A stretch of DNA of 64,000 nt from Utricularia gibba (taxonomy: Eukaryota; Plantae; Magnoliophyta). The stretch spans positions 1,798,001-1,862,000 of the forward strand of contig NEEC01000014.1 in NCBI GenBank assembly GCA_002189035.1, written 5' to 3'. Both the position numbers and the translations under genes were made by a program. Shown here in pieces: positions 51,115-64,000 of the stretch; the stretch's first letter is position 1; each line of letters starts with the position of its first letter. The notes below the pieces were generated by a model, which saw nothing but the letters and a program-made list of their open reading frames with translations, searched no databases and was not told where the DNA came from.

Positions 51115-52703
51115 TCAGCTCTGCTGGATACCGCTAGGCCATGACAAGTTCTTCACAGGCTTAAACATATCTTCCAGTTCTGCTAGAGTTTTCTCATCCT
51201 TAGCTCCGCTGGCGAGTTCTGTTGCAGCTTCGACATTCTCATCCACCTAAGGAGAGCAATTCGGATCAGGGTTTGCAGGGTTCAATCTTTGGATAGTGGA
51301 TTCCGTTCAGTAAGGGATTCACGAAAGTTTCTTGACTTGGGGATCAAACAAAGCACAGAAGAATGCAGATGGAGCAGGTGATGAGTCAAAAAGTATGCGA
51401 GAATATATAGAGAAAGTAACCTGTTTCACGGAATTCATTCCAACAAGGACTGTGGAAATATCCGTATTTGACAAACTGTATTGCAGAGCTAGCTTTGATA
51501 TATTCTTTCCTTTTTCTGTACAGTAAGCAGCAGCAGCTCGGCAGACAGTCTGCGAACAAACAATAAAAACCATTGACAACCTCAGAACTCGTGTGGGTAG
51601 ATTATCAGACAGTTGATCTTCAAGAGAAGACCAAGATCAAGAACAAGATAGAGGTTTATTGCATCTGACTACTTCCCATGCTTTTCCCGGATTTTCTTCA
51701 GAAATTGAGCTTAAATACGACACTAGAACTCTCAGGAAATCCACAAAATTTGGTACCCAACAAAGCAAAGATTAGCAAATACTTAGGATATCACCTTGAG
51801 CTCAGGGGGAGCAGGATGCCATTCTGGAGGGCCACCCTCAGTGAGAAGACCCATAGCCAGAGGAGAAGCAGTTATTATACCAACACCTTTGCTCTTTAAG
51901 TAAGGGACTAAATCCATCAAGGAAGAATCGTTGATGCTATAGTGACAATACGAAAGGATCACATCAATGGTTCCAAGCGGCACTCTGTCAATAACATAGG
52001 TGAAAATTTCCAGTGGAAGGCCCGTTATACCAATGAACTTTGCCTTTCCTGCTTCTTTAATTTTGACAATTGCCGGGATCGTCTCTTTCACAATCTGCAA
52101 AACGTAACAAAATCCACATTTTCCATTCGAAAGCAATGAACTTGGAATATTGCTCATACAAAAAAGGACTTAAAAAAAACCTGATCAAGGGACCCAAACT
52201 CTATATCATGACAATGGAGGATATCAACGTAATCAAGCTGCAGCCTTTCCAGACTTTCATCGATGCTCCTCGTCACTCTTTCAGCACTGAAATCGAAACC
52301 CTCTTTGTATCTACCACACTTCGTTGCTACAATGTACTCATTTCTCGGAACTCCCAAGGCCTTCAACCCCTTCCCTAGCATTATCTCAGACAAAGTACCC
52401 CCATAATACCTTCAGAAAGATGCGATCCAAATTACACTAAACCCAGATCACGAACCCAAATCAACTCGAGAGCGAGAACCAGATAAGCAAAAAGGATCAT
52501 TGAGGCAGAATTATTTACGGAGATGTATCAAAGAAGTTGATCCCCTGGCTAAAAGCACGGCCGACGGTAGCGATGGCGTCAGCTTCAGAGATCTCACCGA
52601 AAACATTTCCCAGAGGAGAAGCACCGAAGCCAACGCAACTTACCTTGATGCCCGTGTTGCCCAAATGCCGAAGCTCCAGTGGCTTAACCCCCTGAATCGC
52701 CAT
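51115..52703 (-). CDS. GalDH: L-galactose dehydrogenase (aldo-keto reductase, ascorbate pathway)
   Basis: LELRHLGNTG..VGFGASPLG..GINFFDTSP|YYGGTLSE, LDYVDILHCHDIEFGSLDQ, SASP-type MGLLTEGGPPEWHPA, and C-terminal WPSGIQQS. Confidence 0.95.
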
Positions 52704-53086
52704 TGACAACGATACCAGGAATGCTCTCCAGATAACTCCTCGGAAAGTTATTTGCCATTGAACAAAAAAAAAAAAAAAAACTCAGAAAATCATATTTTCC
52801 TTTATTAAAATAAAAGACATCATTTGATTCGTTAATTGGGCCTTGGCCCATTGGGCCACCTGTCCGGTAGTTTTATTGAGTTTAATTTAATGTAATTATC
52901 CGCCTCGGGTGGTGTGTTTGGCCCGTGGACCGTTGGTAATTGGCGGCAGTTCAGAGTCCAATCACAACACTCTGTTCTCTCCGCTGTCCTTCTCCGAATC
53001 CATTTACAGATACGATTTTGATTGTTTGCCTTGTATAATTGCAATCCGCATTGCTGTACGATCGTCTGCAACTCGGAGAAGAGGAA

Positions 53087-54922
<1,836 letters not shown>

Positions 54923-55165
54923 ATAGATAAGTGGTCATTCAATCTGTTTCTTGCTCCTTCATTTGTGCGTGGATTGGAACAACATAAACTTTATGTTTCT
55001 GATCCATTTCTTTGCTATCATAATGGAATAAAGGTTTAGGGTCACAAATCATCCCCTGCCTTTGTTACAGCATAATGTTGTGTGACATGAAGTACTCCTC
55101 ATGGATGTAAGTAACGACTGGCAAGGAGGAAGTGCTTGGTAAATAATGGTTGAATAAATGTAATC

Positions 55166-57842
55166 TTAGCTGTTTGGGCTTCTGAGGGGCCTTCTTGGCA
55201 CATTCATGTGGTGGAAATTTGACTCTCTGGTACCATCGTGTCTCCGAAAACCAGTAGCTGTTTTTTGAGGTGGGCGTAGTTCCCAGGTTTTAGATGAGTT
55301 TTCATGGATTGTGTCGAGTTTTTGACCTGGAATCAAGTAAGACGTCATTTTCTTCATTGGTGAAACCAACCTGCAAATGTGTAGGCGAAAGATTAGAATG
55401 ATCACAGCCTATTCAGATATTCTTTACTAATTCATAAAAGCGCTTGGCGAACCTTTGAATCCTTGTGGAACCTTTTTCAAGAGGTGGCGTAGTTGCTTTC
55501 TTGAACGTGTCTAGCCTTTGCATTGCATTATTTCCTTGAGAAGTCGTAGGTTTTGAGGCCGGGTGTTTGCTTGCCTCTGTCTTTTTTAGCTCTTTCTGCA
55601 CAACAATCACCACCTTTCTTACCTGCGTCTTTTCAACACTTCGGAATCAAAGACAGCCACGTACCTGAACTTCATTCTGTTTCATAACAGGCTTCACGGC
55701 TAATGTGCTCAAGTTCACAGCACATGCCTTTGCAGTATCAATGCAGTTAACTTTCTTCTCTGCGTTGGCTTCCCTGAGAACGCTTCTCTCCTGAAAATGT
55801 AAAAGAAGATATCATATATTGTTTCTTCGTGATTCAGAATTTATCCATGTGTACTTACATCTGTTCTCAGCCTGAAAGGCTTTGGGTTTGTGGTGTTCTT
55901 TCTTTTTAACTTGACTTCCTCCACCACCTGTTCATGAAAGAGCGAGGATTTTGAACACTTGACATTCGAACACCCCAATTCAGAGTCATTTCTAGATCCA
56001 TAATAACAAATACATACCTTTTGGACGTTATCACTCTTGTGAAGAATGCCTAAAATTTTTCTCTTAGTTTGATCCAAGTCCGTACCCGCACATCTGCAGC
56101 AGGTACAGTTCTGGTCAGTCCCAAATTCGTGTGAACACGGTAATAGAAGAAATAAAAGAGGGCATTCGTGCTCTAACCTATTAAGCTCAGAAGCACTAGC
56201 ATTCTCTTTGTCATCATCATTGACATTTTCAGTGGCAGTACTTGGATCATCATTATAGGAGTTCTTCCCTTGCTCTAACCTATTAAGCTCAGAAGCACTA
56301 CCATTCTCTTTGTCATCATCATTGGCATTTTTCGTGGCAGTACTTGGATCACCATTATAGGAGTTCTTCCCTTCTGAAGTATCTTCCACTCCACCATTTT
56401 CTCTCTCAAAGACATTTTTCTCATCTCTCTGCATGTCCTGTGGTAAGGACAGTTCTGAACTCCCTGCCGAAGATTGCACGTTGGAGTGTTCACAAGTGTG
56501 TTCTTGTAGCCCCTGATCCACGCATTGATCCAAAGGCCGTGAAACATCTTTTTTCTTCAAGCTGCTGGCATCATTTGCCACAAGGCTTATTGGTAATTTG
56601 GCTGCATCTTTTTTCGCTTTCCTAATTTTAGCTAGCCGTTGTTCCTGCTTCAGCTTCCCCTTCGTCTTTGAATTGCTCAACCTCCTTGATCTTGATGAAG
56701 AATCCTTACTCACATCCTTGCATGACTTGGTAGAGATCTCCATCTTTTTCATTGTTTCTAACAAATTGGGTACTGGACTCTTCAGTTTACAAGACATCTT
56801 CACTTCTTCTTCTTTCTTTTGAGTCTTAGGAAACAGAGCCTTCGCCACAATTCCACTTTCCGGAACATGAACACTACGAGGTTTATGATTCTGAACACTT
56901 CTGAAAGAAGCTTGTTGCGCGCAGTTTTTATTTCTTGGAGTAGATAGATACTTCGCAGCAACCACTCTACACTTGTTTACAGGTGTAGACTTCGGATTCA
57001 CCTCCTTTTTCTGTTCTTCCGATCTCTTCATCGGAATCGTCGTCAAGCTCAGAGATTTTGGCTTGGACGGTTTTGGAGGAGCAGAAAGAGGACATTTTAG
57101 AGGTGTCCTGAAGAAAAAAGCAGAGTTACAATTTTTCAAGATCGAACTATTCCAGCTTAACAAGGAAGAATTACACACCTAGAAGTCTTTCTTTCAAGTG
57201 CTTTTCGAAGCTTCATATAGGGACTTCTAGCAGCTGTGACCTGTAAGAAGAAATTCAGTACCAAAACCAAAAAAAGGAATCATTCTTCAGCTGAAACATG
57301 GAGAAAATTTTGAGGATAACCCTGAGTACGAATCTCTTGTAAATTTCTTCAGAATCCATTTCTTCCTCATGCTTTTGGTCACATCCTGAAACATAGCAGC
57401 AGTATACAAGTACCGTAAGCATATATAAGCTCTTCCAAAATCTTATTGATAGAAAATGAACTAATAAGACATCCAGCGATTCAAAGAGATCAGAAAAACC
57501 CGATTGGGCAAGACAACCGAGATCCCTCCAATTCACAACAGAACCAAAAAAAAAAAAAATGCAACATATCTACAACCCAGCGCAAGGAGAATATCACTTT
57601 TACACCGTCGAATATTACACAAGAAGAGTTTAGCAATAAGACTAACCGACACGAAAGCAAAACCAGTAGCGGTCATCAGGCCGGTAACGCTCAAGCGAAG
57701 TGAAATCAACAAACTTAGGAGCCTCGATTTCCTCATAAATTTCGGCATCTCTATCGTTGGAAAAAATAATCGGATCTCGATTTTCAGGAGGCGGAGAAGC
57801 ACCAGACGACAATCTGATCGAGTTTTCAGCAAACGCCTCCAT
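55166..57842 (-). CDS. TPX2-like microtubule-associated protein
   Basis: EIEAPKFVDF and DDRYWFCFRVG|CDQKHEEE N-terminal motifs, basic low-complexity middle, TNPKPFRLRTD|ER TPX2-type motif, and C-terminal ESNFHHMNVP. Confidence 0.8.
56169..56372. repeat. Two-copy 102-nt tandem duplication with 5 mismatches inside the TPX2-like gene
   Basis: Copies are 56169-56270 and 56271-56372; protein repeat GKNSYN(G/D)DPSTAT(K/E)N(A/V)NDDDKEN(G/A)SASELNRLE. Confidence 0.97.
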
Positions 57843-57923
57843 TTTTGCCACTCGGGTACTTGCTACTTGATTCAATGAAGATGAGCAAATGTGACCTGAG
57901 ATATTTCAACTCGAGGTGGGAAC

Positions 57924-57934
57924 TAGCCGTTGGA
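57924..57934 (-). promoter_or_regulatory. MSA (mitosis-specific activator, MYB3R site) element TCCAACGGCTA
   Basis: Exact match to YCYAACGGYYA, about 80 bp upstream of the TPX2-like ATG. A site II cluster follows at about 58030-58080. Confidence 0.65.
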
Positions 57935-58250
57935 GGCCGAGCTACGTAGATGGCCTCTAGTAATTAGAATCCCACCATAGGGGTAATTTCGTATTTCATC
58001 CAAATCCTAACGTTATGCAGCTCCGAAATGGGCTGTTATCAACTGGGCCTTATCAACAAGACTGGCCCATCTCCTACGGGCATTTGCAGTCTGATCCGAT
58101 GACTCCCACTTTAATATGATTTTAAATTCTACATCTTACACAATCCATAGAAAAGACACGATCAAAACTGTTGTCCAAATTAGAATGGAGCAAAATCCGA
58201 TCGAAAAGCCCTGCAATGAAGCAGAGGAGAAGCATCGAGATGGTTTCTTA

Positions 58251-60738
<2,488 letters not shown>

Positions 60739-61100
60739 TTTCGACTGCAGCGGCAGATCCTAGTTACAAGCAGTCACCGGTTACTATACCGGAGAACCCT
60801 AAAAACCCCAATTAAAGATTTCAATCTTGGGATTTTTCACCAACGGCATGGGACCCACCTATTAGGGGTTTTTGTAACGCCTTAAACCATCGCATTTAGA
60901 ATTCTTACTCTTCTAATCGAAGAAGAAAAGTCATCAAGATTCCCAGTGGAATTTTGCACTAGTACATGAATCAAATAAAGAACTAGAAGATCAAGTTGCA
61001 TTGCTTCGTGAATATGGAGACAGAAGTACAACGGCGGAGGAAAACTAAAATATCTACGTCTGAAACTAAAGACGATTCCAATTCGAGTGAGAATCCTAAA

Positions 61101-61661
<561 letters not shown>

Positions 61662-61753
61662 CTAATCGATGGTCCCAATCTCTCGAACGGGTGGATCCAA
61701 GTGATTCGATGAAATCGTTTTCGACGCTCCTTATTCTTTGGGTTTTCTAGCGG

Positions 61754-61771
61754 CGCGGATTGCTGACGTGG
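61754..61771 (-). promoter_or_regulatory. Plant histone type I element (hexamer plus octamer) CCACGTCAGCAATCCGCG
   Basis: One mismatch from the consensus CCACGTCANCGATCCGCG, about 245 bp upstream of the H3 ATG. Confidence 0.8.
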
Positions 61772-61780
61772 CACGGTAAA

Positions 61781-61831
61781 TCATTCTAGTGGGCTAAGCT
61801 CCTTATTCTTCGGCTTAGCCCACTAGAATGA
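61781..61831. repeat. Perfect 19-bp inverted repeat with a 13-nt spacer
   Basis: TCATTCTAGTGGGCTAAGC (61781-61799) and GCTTAGCCCACTAGAATGA (61813-61831). Confidence 0.95.
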
Positions 61832-61905
61832 AAGGCCCAAATTAGAGCTCATCGCGTTGCCCCTTTACGCTAACATGCGCCGGGTCCTAAGCATCGTCGA
61901 GCTCT

Positions 61906-63901
61906 ATGGCTACCAGTTTGTTCACACACGGCAGGAAGAAGCTCGGAGCTCCGGTTTCTTCGCGCCTTCTGCTGTTTCTTGCCTGCTTTATTTTTCTTGC
62001 CCTTTTCTTCTCCTTCCTAAGAGTTGATTACGGACCTTCTGTCATAACAAACACTGCTGTGTCGGAGTTTGTTGATGCCTACTGCAATTTCTCAGATGGA
62101 AGATGGGTTCGTGATCCTTCGATCCGATCTCCGCGGCGGTACGACCACACATGTAAGGAGATATTTAAAGGCTGGAATTGCATTGCGGCTGGAAAATCCA
62201 ATGCAATTGATATTCTGAAGTGGCGGTGGCAGCCCCATGGCTGCGACCTTCCACAATTCGATCCTAAGCGATTCCTAGATAATTTTCGGAGTAAGAGTAT
62301 CGGTAAGTTTATAGAATTGAACAGAATGCGAGCATAAGATCATCAAGTGAAATGCCGTGATGCACATTTCAGAGTGTGATTGTAAAATGTAGGTGCTTTT
62401 AACATTGAACAAGAGGGTTTAAATGTTCTACAGAGATTTACTTGTCCATAAAAATTTGCTATTGGAAGAAGATTTTCCTTGTAAAGAAAAGTTAGGGACT
62501 TGCGATTAAGCTAGGGAATTCCACGTTGCAGGATTTGTCGGGGACTCTCTGAACAGAAACATGTATGTTGCTCTGTTTTGTGCTCTGAGACAAGTATCGA
62601 ATGAGGTCAAGAAGTGGCGCCCTGCAGGAGCTGATCGTGGTTATACATTCCTCAACTACAACCTCACCATTGCGTATCACCGCACAAATCTTCTCGCCCG
62701 TTATGGTAGGTAAGCTTAGGTTGATGATTCCTATTTGAGCTTATGTAGAAGACCTGAAAGTTACTTTTGCAACCCGGCATGTATTATCGATGCAGTGTGC
62801 CTTGAGCTGAATTGATAGTGGTTGTGCATTCCTGTTATTTTTATCTAGGTGGTTAGCCAGCAGTGATAATGGTCCGCTGGAGTCTCTTGGTTATAAGGAA
62901 GGATATCGAGTTGATGTTGATGTGCCCGATGGGTCTTGGAAAGAAGCTCCATTGTTCCACGATGTGCTCATCTTCAATACTGGACACTGGTGTGCAGTTT
63001 GATTAGTGTTCTATGCTTAGTAACTGATTTAAACTGGATACCAGTGACCTTGCCGTTTTTGGCGATGTGTCTGCTCTAATTGTTCCTGGCTCAATTCAAT
63101 GATTCAATAAAATGCAGATGGTTCCTATGTGAATCTACTATTCTATTCTTTTTTCTGCTGAATGGTGCATTTGTAGTCGTTGCTCCTGATTTTCATCCTC
63201 TTGACCTTGAAATAGGTGGTGGGCTCCTTCTAAGTTTGACCCTGTAAGATCACCCATGCTTTTCTATGAGAAGGATGCCCCTCTTATTCCTCCTGTTAGG
63301 CCTGATGCTGGTCTGGACATGGTATTACGGCACATGGTATGTTTCCTCTTAGGATTGTATGTCCAAATCGATCCATTGTTGAAAACTGGAAACCATGGAA
63401 CAAGGCTAACTGGTTTATTTGTTTAGTACAGACATCATATGTGGAGAACAACTTGCGACCGGGTGCCATTCTTTTCTTCAGGACCCAATCTCCAAGACAC
63501 TTTGAAGGAGGTGACTGGGACCAGGGCGGATCTTGCTCCCGTATCCAGCCTCTATCAACACATGAAGTAAGCTCTTCATTCCCTGATTTTATCACATTCC
63601 ATGAGTTAGCTGCACAATCTCTGCTTGCCTCCAGGTAGAAGAATTTTTCTCGGTTAGGCTCAACAGAACGAATGTTGAGACACGGCTTGTAAACGACCAC
63701 ATATTCAAGGCACTTAAAGTTACCAAGGCGTTCCATATGCTTGACATAACTCAGATGAGCGAGTTCAGAGCGGACGCACATCCTTCCTCTTCTGGTGGGA
63801 AGAAACATGACGATTGCATGCACTGGTGTTTACCAGGTCTCACTGATACTTGGAATGACCTGCTCATTGCACAACTGAACTCCATTACCACTCAAAAATG
63901 A
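61906..63901 (+). CDS. TBL: TRICHOME BIREFRINGENCE-LIKE O-acetyltransferase (TBL13-type)
   Basis: TM anchor, [26 protein letters not shown], and [15 protein letters not shown] (DxxH). Frame is intact. Confidence 0.93.
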
Positions 63902-64000
63902 TGCCTTTTTCCCATCTCTTGGTTGCTCCAAGGTACTTTGGATGCTTTTGTGCATACCTTTCAACAACCTTTTCAATGGCAAGGTTCCTTTTTCCTTTCA

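Overview
This is eukaryotic plant (eudicot) nuclear DNA from a very compact genome. About 25 protein-coding genes fit in 64 kb, most introns are 70-120 nt, and there is no transposase, RT, rRNA, tRNA or CRISPR sequence. That density resembles miniature Lentibulariaceae genomes (Utricularia/Genlisea), but this is an inference only. Gene order: MED26-like(-, runs off the left edge), SCPL(+), UBAC2/rhomboid-UBA(-), PPR(+), uL18-like(+), NTR1/STIP1(-), small uncharacterised gene(+), EXORDIUM-like(+), small AGP(+), ATL RING-H2(+), EXECUTER1(+), ARGOS-like small ORF(-), gamma-glutamyl peptidase(-), FLOURY1-like DUF593(-), OPT(-), decayed ORF, FAAH(+), phosphoglycerate-mutase-like(-), Spinster MFS(+), L-galactose dehydrogenase(-), proline iminopeptidase(+), TPX2-like(-), AGD2/DapL(-), histone H3.1(-), TBL(+). 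Main caveat: six -1 frameshifts in five otherwise intact genes all fall in G/C runs that are one base short, which most likely reflects assembly error. The most striking structure is a recent 102-nt tandem duplication in the TPX2-like gene that copies both a KEN degron motif and a 5' splice site, giving a possible splice-controlled one-versus-two degron switch. Other notable features are a perfect 19-bp inverted repeat in the H3.1/TBL bidirectional promoter, an intronless DUF593 gene between degenerate inverted termini, and a motif-divergent OPT near a gamma-glutamyl peptidase. Exon boundaries were read by eye and family calls come from recalled motifs, not database searches.
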